A stretch of 32,000 nucleotides of DNA from Ferroglobus placidus DSM 10642 (GTDB lineage Archaea; Halobacteriota; Archaeoglobi; Archaeoglobales; Archaeoglobaceae). The translations under genes and the position numbers were made by a program. The notes beneath the pieces were generated by a model. That model saw only the letters and a program-made list of their open reading frames with translations. It was not told the DNA's origin and searched no databases. Positions 23,106 through 32,000 of this stretch are shown here, in pieces (within the stretch, counting starts at the first letter, position 1; every line of letters begins with the position of its first letter). The DNA lies in contig NC_013849.1 of NCBI RefSeq assembly GCF_000025505.1, forward strand, positions 1,830,001-1,862,000, read 5' to 3'.

Positions 23106-23816
23106 CTAAAGTGTGTAGCCCACACAAAGCTGCTCGAATTTTTCGTGCTTCACCAGCTCTTCCGCTTTTCCTCCAAAAACTACCCTTCCGCTCACGAACA
23201 TATAAGCGTAGTCGCTTATTTCCAAAGCTTTTAAAACGTTCTGTTCCACGAGCAGAATCGTTATTTTCAGCTCATCTCTGAGAAACTGAATTTTTTCGAA
23301 AATTGTCGAAGCGTATTTTGGAGAGAGCATGGCTGTAGGCTCGTCAAGCATCATTAGCTTTGCGTTCTTTATCAGTGCCATTGCCATAGCCAAGAACTGC
23401 CTCTCCCCACCGCTGAGTGTTCCAGCCTTTCTCTTAAGTTTCGTCTGAAGTTCTGGAAACATTGATAAGGCAAGTTCAACCCTTTCCTCGAAATCCTCCT
23501 TTTCCACAGTATATCCGGCTATTTTCAGATTCTCTTCAACGCTCAAGTTTGCGAAGATGTTGTCAGTCTGAGGAAGATAGGCTATCCCAAGCTTGGTTTT
23601 GTCATGGGGAGGAATTTTGGTGATGTCCTTTCCGTTGTACTGTATTTTTCCGCTGTAAATTGTAGTCAGTCCAAAAATGGACTTTAGAAAAGTGCTCTTT
23701 CCGCTTCCGTTTGGTCCCACAACGGTGGTTATAGTCCTATCCTTTATCTCCGCGTTAACGTCGAAGAGTATGTGAAGCTCTTTATACCCAGCGTTTAAGT
23801 TTTCAACTTTAAGCAC
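23106..23816 (-). CDS. livF: Branched-chain amino acid ABC transporter ATP-binding protein (LivF type)
   Basis: Walker [10 protein letters not shown], signature LSGGERQ, Walker B LMMLDEP, and the LIV-type C-terminus. Confidence 0.9.
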   Translation of the reverse strand: MLKVENLNAGYKELHILFDVNAEIKDRTITTVVGPNGSGKSTFLKSIFGLTTIYSGKIQYNGKDITKIPPHDKTKLGIAYLPQTDNIFANLSVEENLKIAGYTVEKEDFEERVELALSMFPELQTKLKRKAGTLSGGERQFLAMAMALIKNAKLMMLDEPTAMLSPKYASTIFEKIQFLRDELKITILLVEQNVLKALEISDYAYMFVSGRVVFGGKAEELVKHEKFEQLCVGYTL

Positions 23817-24552
23817 CTAAGTACACCTCCACGACTTCCGGTTTCTCTATTACCTCCTTTCCCTTCCCTTCAGCTATAATCCTCCCAGAAGCCATCACGT
23901 ATACCTTATCCACGTATTCGAGAACTATGTCAAGCCTGTGCTCAACGATTAAAAACGTCTTCCCAATCTCGCAGAGCTCCCTCATTCTTCCGAGGATGTC
24001 GTGGGAAAGCTTTGGCGCAACTCCTGCCAGAGGTTCGTCCATGACAAAAAGCTCCGCGTCGCTCATTAAAGCTCTTCCTATCTCAACGAGCCTGAGCTGA
24101 CCACCGCTCAAATTCTGGGCTTCTTCGTCCCAGAGATGCTCTATTCCGAGGAATTCGAGAATTTCGAAGGCTTTTTCAACGCTCTCTTTTTCTTTTGGAA
24201 TGTAAGCTTTGGTTAACGCTCCTATTATTCCTTCTCCGGGGTTTTCCCTCGCTATCAGTAAATTTTCAAGGACTGTTAGCTTTTTCAGAGGTTTCGGTAT
24301 CTGGAAAGTCCTTACTATTCCCTTTTTGTACAGCTCGTGGGGAGGTTTGTTCGTTATGTCCTCCCCTTTGTACTCAACTCTCCCCTCGTCAGCCTTGTAA
24401 AACCCGGTGATTACATTTATCAGCGTTGTCTTCCCGCTACCGTTTGGACCTATTACGAGAGTTATCTTCCCCTCTTCTACTTCGATGTTAACTCTGTCCA
24501 AAGCTTTTAGACCGTCAAAAAATTTGGAAAGAGAAAAAGTTCTTAAAATCAT
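23809..24552 (-). CDS. livG: Branched-chain amino acid ABC transporter ATP-binding protein (LivG type)
   Basis: Walker [10 protein letters not shown], signature LSGGQLR, Walker B LFVMDEP, and the C-terminal EVVEVYLG motif of LivG. Confidence 0.9.
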   Translation of the reverse strand: MILRTFSLSKFFDGLKALDRVNIEVEEGKITLVIGPNGSGKTTLINVITGFYKADEGRVEYKGEDITNKPPHELYKKGIVRTFQIPKPLKKLTVLENLLIARENPGEGIIGALTKAYIPKEKESVEKAFEILEFLGIEHLWDEEAQNLSGGQLRLVEIGRALMSDAELFVMDEPLAGVAPKLSHDILGRMRELCEIGKTFLIVEHRLDIVLEYVDKVYVMASGRIIAEGKGKEVIEKPEVVEVYLGA

Positions 24553-25955
24553 GCTCTTCTTCTCAACGCATAAGCAGCGGCTGCTGCAGCTATCAAGATT
24601 CCGAATCCAGGAGTCTTCTTCTCTTCCTTCTTTTCTTCCTTAGGCGTCTCTTTCTTCTCTACTGGAGTCTCCTTCTTCTCTGGAGTTGGCGTTGGTGTAG
24701 CTTTCACCTCTGGCCACTTCGGTTTGTGCTTCCATTCGATGCTCTTAGTTTCGAACTTCCAGATTCCAGCTACGTCCCACTCTCCTTTTTCGTTCACGTA
24801 GTAGATGGCATAATCTCCGCTCGCTCTGTCGTTCCACTCGTTCAGTTCTATTCTTCCGCTTACCGGCTGCACTCCGTACTCTCCGTTGCTGTACTTCACA
24901 GCCACCTCTTTTATCTTCTCAACCATAGCATCCGGGTCGTAGCTGCCCTTCTCTTTCACAACTTCGACGTAAGCCAAAGCCAAAACCCAAGCTGCGTCGT
25001 AGGCGTTCATCGCATACTGGTAAGGAGCCTTTCCGAATCCTCTCTTAGCGTATTCCTCAGCAAGTTTGTCGTAAGCCGGTCCTTTGCTCTCGAAGAGTGT
25101 CGCGTACATACCAACTCTCTTAACCTTCTCCAAAGCGTCGGTTATTTTTCCGCTCTTCGCGTTTCCGTCACATCCGATCCAGACGACGTTGAGCAGAGGA
25201 GAATCCTCGGGAGTTTGAGCGAGGAGTGTGTAGACTTCTTCGTAGGTGAAGGCTACAACAGCTACTTTCTCTCTACCGTACTTCTCGATCAGCTTGTTCA
25301 ATTCGCTCTCCATGCTTGATATATACGGAGAGAAATCAGCTGGGACTTGATCTGGATACTCAATCGGCTGAGCAATCTCAATTCCTGCTTCTTCGAGCTT
25401 CGGCTTTATCGTCTCGTACAATCCTCTGCCCCAAGCGTTGCCGATGTAGATGATCACAACTCCCTTAACTCCGAGGTCTTTAAGCTCGGAAGCGATGGCG
25501 TCAGTCTGTAAATCATCCGTACCGACGAATCTGAATATGTACTTCTTATCCTCCGGCGTGGCGAAACCGATTATTGTTGGTAGAGCTGTGGAGGACGGAG
25601 AGATTATTATTATCTTGTTCGATGTAACGTAATCTTTGACGTTAGCTACCTCACCACTTCCCATCGGACCAATTATAAGGTTTATTCCCTTTGCATGCAG
25701 ACTTTGGACTTTTTGCAAAGCTACGTTAGGATCTACCTTCGTATCCTCCACGTAGAATTCGACTGTGTAGTCCAAACCTTTCTCTTTGAAGTAGTTGTTT
25801 ATCTCATCCTTCGCAATTTCTAACGTGTTTTTAATGTCCGTACCAAACGTCGTTAGAGGACCTGAAAGGTCCACAAGTACGCCAATCTTTATCTCCTCAG
25901 CTGCCGCTACACTGCTTAGCAATAGCAAACCCAACAAAGCAAATGCCAACCGCAT
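24549..25955 (-). CDS. ABC transporter substrate-binding protein (LivJ/K-like type I PBP) with a C-terminal PGF-CTERM-like anchor
   Basis: Signal peptide MRLAFALLGLLLLSSVAAAEE, a type I periplasmic-binding fold, a TP/EK-rich linker, then [20 protein letters not shown]. Confidence 0.9.
   Translation of the reverse strand: MRLAFALLGLLLLSSVAAAEEIKIGVLVDLSGPLTTFGTDIKNTLEIAKDEINNYFKEKGLDYTVEFYVEDTKVDPNVALQKVQSLHAKGINLIIGPMGSGEVANVKDYVTSNKIIIISPSSTALPTIIGFATPEDKKYIFRFVGTDDLQTDAIASELKDLGVKGVVIIYIGNAWGRGLYETIKPKLEEAGIEIAQPIEYPDQVPADFSPYISSMESELNKLIEKYGREKVAVVAFTYEEVYTLLAQTPEDSPLLNVVWIGCDGNAKSGKITDALEKVKRVGMYATLFESKGPAYDKLAEEYAKRGFGKAPYQYAMNAYDAAWVLALAYVEVVKEKGSYDPDAMVEKIKEVAVKYSNGEYGVQPVSGRIELNEWNDRASGDYAIYYVNEKGEWDVAGIWKFETKSIEWKHKPKWPEVKATPTPTPEKKETPVEKKETPKEEKKEEKKTPGFGILIAAAAAAYALRRRA
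24552..24611 (-). other. PGF-CTERM-like archaeosortase sorting signal (encoded C-terminal 20 aa)
   Basis: Tripartite signal: a PGF motif, a hydrophobic helix (GILIAAAAAAYAL) and a basic tail (RRRA). It is preceded by the linker ATPTPTPEKKETPVEKKETPKEEKKEEKKT (24612-24701). Confidence 0.6.
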
Positions 25956-25977
25956 GGCAATAATAACACTATTAAAG

Positions 25978-25985
25978 TTATAAAT
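25978..25985. promoter_or_regulatory. Candidate shared or bidirectional TATA element of the divergent liv genes
   Basis: TTATAAAT sits exactly in the middle of the 52-bp spacer 25956-26007. It is 22 nt from each of the two divergent ATG codons (25955 on the minus strand, 26008 on the plus strand). Confidence 0.4.
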
Positions 25986-26007
25986 CTTTATCGGCTCTCT
26001 ACAGCCA

Positions 26008-26919
26008 ATGAGTGTGGTTGAAGGTGCTATAATCTACTCGAACCTCCTCGTGTTGCTGTCCATGAGTTTGACGATCACGTATATTACGACTTCAGTTCCG
26101 AACTTCGCGCAGGGGTCTTTTGCTGTTTTCGGCTCTTACTTAGCCTTCGCATTCTTCAAGCTTTTTGAAATACACCCTTACAAGTCTATCCCACTCGTTT
26201 TCATTTTGGGAGGTTTTCTTGGAATAGCCACTTACTTCCTCGTTTTGAGACCTTTAATAAAGAAGGAGGCGAGCGTTCTAATTTTGATGATCGCAACCCT
26301 CGCATGGGATCTTATTTTACTCGGCTTTCTCGGAATTTTCTCCGAAACTCTCGGAAAGATTATAGGAGGTTACGCTTCCCGTTTCATCTTCACTCCTTAC
26401 GATTTTAGAGCATTCGGCATGAACGGAATTTTCTTCGTTTCTTCTGCAGCCATAATTTTATGTCTTTTCGGTCTTGCGGTGCTGTTCTACAAGACCAAGT
26501 TTGGAATAGCTTTAAGAGCTTCGATGGAAAATCCGCAGCTCGCGGAAGTTATGGGAGTGAATGTCGAGTACACGAGAATATTTTCGTGGTTTTTATCCGG
26601 CTCATTTTCGGCTCTGGCTGGAGCTCTGTTACCATTTAAGCAGGAAATTGTTCAGAGCACTGGAGCTTTAATAATAGTTTCAATTTTCGCAGCAAGCATA
26701 GTAGGTGGATTGAGCAGCATACTCGGAGCGATTCTCGGAGGATATCTCATTGGAATTTCCGAGACTCTCGTAACGTTTTATTTGAGCAAGTTATTCGGAA
26801 CTGGCGTGCTCGTTTACAGTAAGCTCGTACCCCTCGTAATTTTAATAGTCGTTCTGCTCTACATACCGCAAGGACTCGTTTCGATAAGGTGGTCGAAGTG
26901 GCGCTGGAGCAGACATTAG
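26008..26919 (+). CDS. livH: Branched-chain amino acid ABC transporter permease (LivH type)
   Basis: 303 aa, polytopic, with LRASMENPQLAEVMGVNV... the conserved cytoplasmic loop of LivH-type permeases. Confidence 0.9.
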   Translation: MSVVEGAIIYSNLLVLLSMSLTITYITTSVPNFAQGSFAVFGSYLAFAFFKLFEIHPYKSIPLVFILGGFLGIATYFLVLRPLIKKEASVLILMIATLAWDLILLGFLGIFSETLGKIIGGYASRFIFTPYDFRAFGMNGIFFVSSAAIILCLFGLAVLFYKTKFGIALRASMENPQLAEVMGVNVEYTRIFSWFLSGSFSALAGALLPFKQEIVQSTGALIIVSIFAASIVGGLSSILGAILGGYLIGISETLVTFYLSKLFGTGVLVYSKLVPLVILIVVLLYIPQGLVSIRWSKWRWSRH

Positions 26920-27944
26920 TAACGATCCTGCTCTGGTTCGGAGTTTACGCGATAGTTGCGATAAGCCTGAACATAGAGTACGGATACGGAGGAATACCCA
27001 ACTTTGGCAGAGCTTTCGCTGTGTTAATAGGCGCTTTAGCTGTCGGAGCCATTGTCAACAGAATATTTATCGCTTTAACTGGCGTGAGTGGAGTAACGTA
27101 TTCGGCAGCGAGCGGATTTGCCAAGAGTAAGATCGATGCCCTTATTTCCTCAAATCCTGCTTACGGAATTTTGATTTTGCTCTTCTGCGTTGCTTTAGCC
27201 GCCGTTCTCGGAGCTATTTTCGGTGCGATGTTCATTCTTCCGAGTGCAAAATTGAAGAGCGACTACTTAGCAATAACCTTACTGGCTATAAGCGAAGTCT
27301 CCTTCATAGTCTCCTACTACAACACGGATATAGTCGGAGGATATTACGGAACTCCAACTCCAAACGTTCTCGCTTTCGTTCCCGGAGAGAGTAGAGAGAT
27401 AGCCTACACGATACTTATACTAATTTTCGCCGCTCTCGTATTTCTCTTAGCTGAGAGGCTGATGAATTCTCCTTACGGAAGGCTTCTAAAAGCGATGAGA
27501 GAAGACGAGGACGTGGTGGAAAGCTTTGGAAAGGACGTTATGAGAATCAGAATCAAGACAGTCGCTCTCGGTTCGTCTTTAGCAGCAATCGTCGGAGCTC
27601 TTTATACCCTCTACGCCGGAAATGTTTCTGGAGTTGTGAATTTATTTGCGAGAGTAAACTGGACGTTCTACCCCTTCCTAATGGTTCTTCTCGGCGGAAT
27701 GGCAAACAACAGGGGTGTTTTAGCCGGAACGTTTTTGTTTGTAGCAGTCTGGAGGTTGCTCGATCAATACAAGCACGAAATTGCGGCACTTCTAAACTTA
27801 CCTTTCGATGTAAACTGGCTCCAGTACATAATTTTCGGTGCTTTGATGATCCTCGTGCTTTACTACAAGCCGGAAGGTTTAATCAAAGAGCAGCCGATAA
27901 GAACCGAGCCGATAAAGGAGATCAAATCTGGTAAGAAAGCTTGA
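26889..27944 (+). CDS. livM: Branched-chain amino acid ABC transporter permease (LivM type)
   Basis: 351 aa, polytopic, with LKAMREDEDVVESFGKDV... the LivM-type loop. GTG start overlapping the livH 3' end. Confidence 0.88.
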   Translation: MVEVALEQTLVTILLWFGVYAIVAISLNIEYGYGGIPNFGRAFAVLIGALAVGAIVNRIFIALTGVSGVTYSAASGFAKSKIDALISSNPAYGILILLFCVALAAVLGAIFGAMFILPSAKLKSDYLAITLLAISEVSFIVSYYNTDIVGGYYGTPTPNVLAFVPGESREIAYTILILIFAALVFLLAERLMNSPYGRLLKAMREDEDVVESFGKDVMRIRIKTVALGSSLAAIVGALYTLYAGNVSGVVNLFARVNWTFYPFLMVLLGGMANNRGVLAGTFLFVAVWRLLDQYKHEIAALLNLPFDVNWLQYIIFGALMILVLYYKPEGLIKEQPIRTEPIKEIKSGKKA

Positions 27945-28317
27945 ATGCGTGCTTGCAAATTCCGTACCTATGCTTCACGATTTCCTTGACAATGAATCCG
28001 AAAGCCAACAGCCTTGTAATATCTTCCTCCACGGGAACTTCCATAAGAACTTCTTTAAAATTCATTTTAGAAGCTTCGACTACGCATTTCTCAATTAGCG
28101 TTTTTTCAACCTCAGAATTTTCCGCAAATATTCTCCCGATGTAAAATTCCTCGTCGTTCCAGAAAACTATCGCAAAGCCTTTCAATTTATCGACAACGAG
28201 GACTTTTTTCCTGAAGTCCGTCATCGAAAGCTCTGCAAAAACGCTGTTCCCGAATTTTTCGTATTCCGTCAAAATAACCTCTTCTACCTCATCGTCCAGC
28301 ATCTCTCTAACGAGCAT
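27922..28317 (-). CDS. Hypothetical protein, possibly a GNAT-like fold with a degenerate CoA-binding motif
   Basis: 131 aa. The pattern GFAIVFWNDEEFYIGRIF...EKTLIEKCVVEASKMNFKEVLMEV...LLAFGFIV resembles GNAT beta4-alpha3-beta5. I cannot find the Q/RxxGxG/A motif. Confidence 0.5.
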   Translation of the reverse strand: MLVREMLDDEVEEVILTEYEKFGNSVFAELSMTDFRKKVLVVDKLKGFAIVFWNDEEFYIGRIFAENSEVEKTLIEKCVVEASKMNFKEVLMEVPVEEDITRLLAFGFIVKEIVKHRYGICKHAFKLSYQI

Positions 28318-28332
28318 TCAGCGGAAATTGAT

Positions 28333-28716
28333 TTAAGAGTATTTAACTTTTTCCACTTCGTGAAGGAAGTTTTTCATGTCGCTCTCGCTGTTGAAATACA
28401 GCACCTTCTCTTTTTTCCATTTTATTTTCACGGCAAGATTTTCAAAGTCCGGGTAAATTTCAGCTTCCTTTAAGTTAATTCTTCCTTTATAAATCAACCA
28501 CTCGTCCATAACAGCGAAAAACCTCGGCTTTCGGAGCGTTGTGAGCAGAAGCATGGTTATGGCGAAAAATAAAGCAAAAGCCGGAAAAGCGTATTTCGTA
28601 TCCTCCGAAAGCTTCCAAAGGGAGAGAAACGCTGCTAAAACGTACATGGCAGCGAAAGATTTTATGTACCTCTTCCTCGCGAGTTTGTTCTTGGCTGGAA
28701 CGTAGCTGTAAATCAT
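28333..28716 (-). CDS. Small membrane protein (TM hairpin plus a bacterial-PH-like C-terminal domain)
   Basis: 127 aa with two hydrophobic helices, then a ~60-aa beta-rich region and a terminal helix. Its ATG overlaps the ahcY stop (ATGA at 28713-28716). Confidence 0.6.
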   Translation of the reverse strand: MIYSYVPAKNKLARKRYIKSFAAMYVLAAFLSLWKLSEDTKYAFPAFALFFAITMLLLTTLRKPRFFAVMDEWLIYKGRINLKEAEIYPDFENLAVKIKWKKEKVLYFNSESDMKNFLHEVEKVKYS

Positions 28717-29942
28717 GTTCCCATCCTCCAGTCTTCAATGTACCTCCTCTGCTTTTCGGTCAGCTCGTCTATTTTCACACCTTCAACCTCTAATTTAAGC
28801 TTCGCAACAAACCTGTCCAAATCTTCTGGCATTCTGTAAACTCTGTTAACGAGCTTCCCCCTGTTTTCAACCAGATATCTCACCGCTAAAGCCTGATTAG
28901 AGAAGCTCATGTCCATAACCTCAATCGGATGACCGTCTCCAGCTACGAGGTTTACAAGCCTTCCCTCGGCAAGGAGGTAGAGCTTCTTGTTCCCCAGGTC
29001 GTACTCTTTAACGTACCTCCTCACCTCTCTAACGTTTTTAGCAAGCTCTTCAAGCTCTTCAATGTTTATCTCAACGTTGAAGTGCCCGGCGTTAGCTAAA
29101 ATCGCTCCGTTCTTCATCAGCAAAAAGTGCTCCCTCCTTATGACGTCGATGTTGCCCGTGGCAGTTATGAATATGTCTCCTATCTTCGCCGCTTCGCTCA
29201 TGGGCATTACTTCAAAGCCGTCCATTAACGCTTCCAAAGCCCTTATCTCGTCAACCTCGGTGACTATGACTCTCGCTCCCAGCCCTTTTGCTCTTAAAGC
29301 AATTCCCCTTCCGCACCATCCGTATCCGGCTACAACGACAGTTTTTCCGGCAACGAGAATGTTGGTCGCTCTCAAAATTCCGTCCCAAGTCGATTGCCCC
29401 GTCCCGTACCTGTTGTCGAAGAGGTACTTCGTGTAAGCGTCGTTTACGGCTATAACCGGGAATTTCAGAATTCCTTCCCTCTCCATCGACTTTATCCTCT
29501 TAACTCCAGTCGTCGTCTCTTCGCTCGCTCCTATGACTTTCCCAGCAGCTTCTGATCTCTCCTTGTGAAGCAAAAAGATTAGATCGGCTCCGTCGTCGAT
29601 AATTACGTCCGGCTCTTCGTCTATAACCCTATTCAAAGCGTTGTAGTATTCCTCCCTCGTCATCCCCCTTTTAGCAAAACACTTCACTCCCTCTTTTCTC
29701 AAAGCTTCAGCCACGTCATCTTGAGTCGTGAGAGGATTGCAGCCGGTAATGGCTACTTCAGCTCCCCCAGCAATGAGCGTTTTAACGAGAACAGCAGTTT
29801 TAGCCTCCACGTGCAGAGCCATACCGACTTTAATACCTTCAAGAGGTCTCTCCTCCTCGAAAATCTTCCTTATCCTTGAAAGAACCTTCATTCTCTCTTC
29901 AGCCCACTCGATCTTTCTCATTCCCTCAAGATAATCAGCCAT
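28713..29942 (-). CDS. ahcY: Adenosylhomocysteinase (archaeal short form; could be the S-inosylhomocysteine hydrolase variant)
   Basis: 409 aa: [26 protein letters not shown]-binding [19 protein letters not shown]. Confidence 0.93.
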   Translation of the reverse strand: MADYLEGMRKIEWAEERMKVLSRIRKIFEEERPLEGIKVGMALHVEAKTAVLVKTLIAGGAEVAITGCNPLTTQDDVAEALRKEGVKCFAKRGMTREEYYNALNRVIDEEPDVIIDDGADLIFLLHKERSEAAGKVIGASEETTTGVKRIKSMEREGILKFPVIAVNDAYTKYLFDNRYGTGQSTWDGILRATNILVAGKTVVVAGYGWCGRGIALRAKGLGARVIVTEVDEIRALEALMDGFEVMPMSEAAKIGDIFITATGNIDVIRREHFLLMKNGAILANAGHFNVEINIEELEELAKNVREVRRYVKEYDLGNKKLYLLAEGRLVNLVAGDGHPIEVMDMSFSNQALAVRYLVENRGKLVNRVYRMPEDLDRFVAKLKLEVEGVKIDELTEKQRRYIEDWRMGT

Positions 29943-29963
29943 AGATCAGCTTGGCTTAACCGC

Positions 29964-29979
29964 TTTATTAAGGTTAAGG
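29964..29979 (-). promoter_or_regulatory. BRE/TATA core promoter of ahcY
   Basis: The reverse strand reads CCTTAACCTTAATAAA, 21 nt from ATG 29942. Confidence 0.4.
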
Positions 29980-30008
29980 TTTAAAAGAAGAGAAGTTATA
30001 AAAATTCG

Positions 30009-32000
30009 TCACATTATTCCGGAAGTTAGCTTCCTGTAAAGCTCTCTGTTATTCCTCCAGAGATCGAAGCGGTCGAGATGCATGACTTTTGCCCACGCAG
30101 AAACAAAATCCCTGACGAACTTCTCTTTCGCGTCATCGCAGGCGTAAACTTCGGCAACAGCTCTTAGCTCGTCGTGGTGCCCTATTATTAAATCGACTCT
30201 CGTAGCTCTCCACCTCACTTCCCCGCTTTTTCTATCTACAGCCTCGAAGGTGTACCGATAGCTATCCGCAGCCCGCCACTCGTAACTCATGTCCAGAAGG
30301 TTTACGAAGAAGTCGTTCGTAAGTGTCTCAGGCTTGTCTGTGAGAACGCCGTAGTCAGAGTAGTTGTAGTTGGCTCCAAGCACCCTCATCCCGGCGATGA
30401 GCACCACCATCTCAGGAACTGTTAGAGTGAGAAGATTGGCTTTATCGACGAGGAAGTATTCAGGAGTCGTGTAAACATCAGCTTCATCAATGCTCTCGGG
30501 ATTTCTGAAGTAATTTCTGAAGCCGTCAGCGAAAGGCTCAATAGCTTTGTAAAATTCAGCATCGACATGCTCCTGCAGTGCGTCAACCCTTCCGGCAACG
30601 AACGGCACTTCCACGCTGAATCCAGCCTTTCTTGCAGCTTCTTCAATAGCTGCACAACCTCCGAGAACTATAAGGTCAGCTAACGAAACCTTTTTGTCAT
30701 TTCCCTTCGCTTCCTGCTCCTCGTTGAACTCTCTCTGTATTTTTTCGTAAACTTTTACAACTTTTTTCAGCTCTTCCGGATGGTTTACCTCCCACTCGTT
30801 CATTGGATAAAGCCTTATCCTCGCCCCGTTTACCCCTCCCTTCCTGTCGGAGTTTCTGTATGTTGATGCCGAAGCCCATGCGTAGTAAACGAGCTGCTTT
30901 ACGCTTAGCTCCTCGAGCAGCCTTTTCTTCAAGTACCTTACGTCTTCTTCTTCGATAAGCTCGTAGTCCCTCTCGGGGAGGGGATCCTGCCAGATGAAAG
31001 TCTCCTTCGGAACGTATTTTCCGAGATAGCACTCCTTAGGTCCCATGTCCCTGTGAGTGAGTTTAAACCATGCTCTCGCGAAGGCTTTCTCAAACTCCTC
31101 GGGATTTTCGAGGAATCTCTTTGCTATTTCCGCGTACTTCGGATCGAACCTCAAAGCAAGATCGGCTGTGAGCATTCTCGGCCTGTGCTTCTTGTTCGGA
31201 TCGTAAGCGTCGGGAATTATCTCCGGCGCATCCTTTGCAACCCACTGATACTTTCCAGCAGGACTCTTCTCAAGCTCCCACTCGTATTTGAAGAGGATGT
31301 GCAGATACTGTATTCCAAACTTTGTCGGCGTAGGAGACCAAATGAGTTCGAAGCCTGATGTGTAAGTGTCTGGACCCTTTCCGCTTTTGTACTCGTACTT
31401 CCACCCGAGCCCCTGCATTTCTATCGGCGAAGAGCTCGGATCCGGACCAAGATATTCAGCTGGTCCGGCTCCATGACATTTTCCGAAAGCATGTCCGCCG
31501 GCGATTAAAGCAACCGTCTCCTCATCGTTCATTCCCATTCGAGCAAATGCCGTTCTTATCTCCTTGGCAGATTCAGCCGGATCGGGATTTCCACCCGGTC
31601 CCTCCGGGTTGACGTAAATCAACCCCATTTCAGTTGCAGCGTAAGGTCTTTCAAGCTTCTCCTTCTCCCCTCTTTTTGCTGTGAGCATCTCCTCCTCCGG
31701 TCCCCAGTCGGGGCTTTCGTCGGGCTCAAAAACGTCCTCTCTGCCGAGAGCGAAGCCGAGAATTTTAACCCCCATGTCCTCCAAAGCGACAGTTCCGGCT
31801 AAGATTATCAAGTCTGCCCAGGAAAGCTTTCTTCCGTACTTCTTCTTTACAGGCCAAAGAAGCCTTATCGCTTTGTCGAGGTTTACGTTGTCCGGCCAAT
31901 TTATTCTTGGAGGAAATCTTATGCTTCCGTCTCTCGCCCCACCTCTTCCGTCGTAAATTCTGTAGCTACCAGCGCTGTGCCAAGCGAGACGGATAAACAA
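30009..32000 (-). CDS. katG: Catalase-peroxidase KatG (C-terminal ~663 aa; the N-terminus lies beyond the right edge)
   Basis: [21 protein letters not shown] (distal His region), [10 protein letters not shown] (proximal His), and the duplicated C-terminal peroxidase-like domain. The ORF is open to the window end. Confidence 0.95.
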   Translation of the reverse strand: MFIRLAWHSAGSYRIYDGRGGARDGSIRFPPRINWPDNVNLDKAIRLLWPVKKKYGRKLSWADLIILAGTVALEDMGVKILGFALGREDVFEPDESPDWGPEEEMLTAKRGEKEKLERPYAATEMGLIYVNPEGPGGNPDPAESAKEIRTAFARMGMNDEETVALIAGGHAFGKCHGAGPAEYLGPDPSSSPIEMQGLGWKYEYKSGKGPDTYTSGFELIWSPTPTKFGIQYLHILFKYEWELEKSPAGKYQWVAKDAPEIIPDAYDPNKKHRPRMLTADLALRFDPKYAEIAKRFLENPEEFEKAFARAWFKLTHRDMGPKECYLGKYVPKETFIWQDPLPERDYELIEEEDVRYLKKRLLEELSVKQLVYYAWASASTYRNSDRKGGVNGARIRLYPMNEWEVNHPEELKKVVKVYEKIQREFNEEQEAKGNDKKVSLADLIVLGGCAAIEEAARKAGFSVEVPFVAGRVDALQEHVDAEFYKAIEPFADGFRNYFRNPESIDEADVYTTPEYFLVDKANLLTLTVPEMVVLIAGMRVLGANYNYSDYGVLTDKPETLTNDFFVNLLDMSYEWRAADSYRYTFEAVDRKSGEVRWRATRVDLIIGHHDELRAVAEVYACDDAKEKFVRDFVSAWAKVMHLDRFDLWRNNRELYRKLTSGIM

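Noticed and set aside
24612-24701. Short tandem nucleotide repeats (CTTCTTCTC / GGAGT units), considered as a DNA repeat or array
   Set aside because: They lie in frame inside the binding-protein gene and encode the TP/EK linker. The repeat is at the protein level and is not a CRISPR or satellite.

Overview
This 32-kb window is about 90% coding and reads as core chromosome of a hyperthermophilic euryarchaeon of the Archaeoglobus type. The gene content and local synteny that point there are a thermosome, archaeal TIM next to Fae-Hps, an RFAP synthase-Nop5-fibrillarin string, a stand-alone 5S rRNA and KatG. The species cannot be determined without a database search.

I call 35 protein-coding genes (two truncated by the window edges) and one 5S rRNA. 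There is also one ~690-bp IS6-like insertion sequence whose transposase is split by a 1-nt frameshift, and one possible frameshifted small gene. Near-identical BRE/TATA boxes recur 20-27 nt from start codons, so most genes look leaderless. I found no CRISPR array, tRNA, prophage or recognisable defence island.

The items most worth a second look are:
- a four-CBS-domain protein whose C-terminus looks like a bacterial HPF/RaiA ribosome-hibernation fold;
- an uncharacterised 200-aa protein with a degenerate ThiF-like Rossmann motif, translationally coupled between an HTH-CBS regulator and RFAP synthase;
- a protein-only RNase P (HARP) gene embedded in the nop5-flpA-hisS string;
- the IS inserted exactly between two divergent core promoters;
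- a promoter-equipped but frameshifted small ORF in the 5S-pheT spacer;
- a TATA octamer exactly centred in the divergent liv spacer;
- a PGF-CTERM-anchored ABC binding protein.

All family assignments come from reading motifs by eye. No searches or computations were run.
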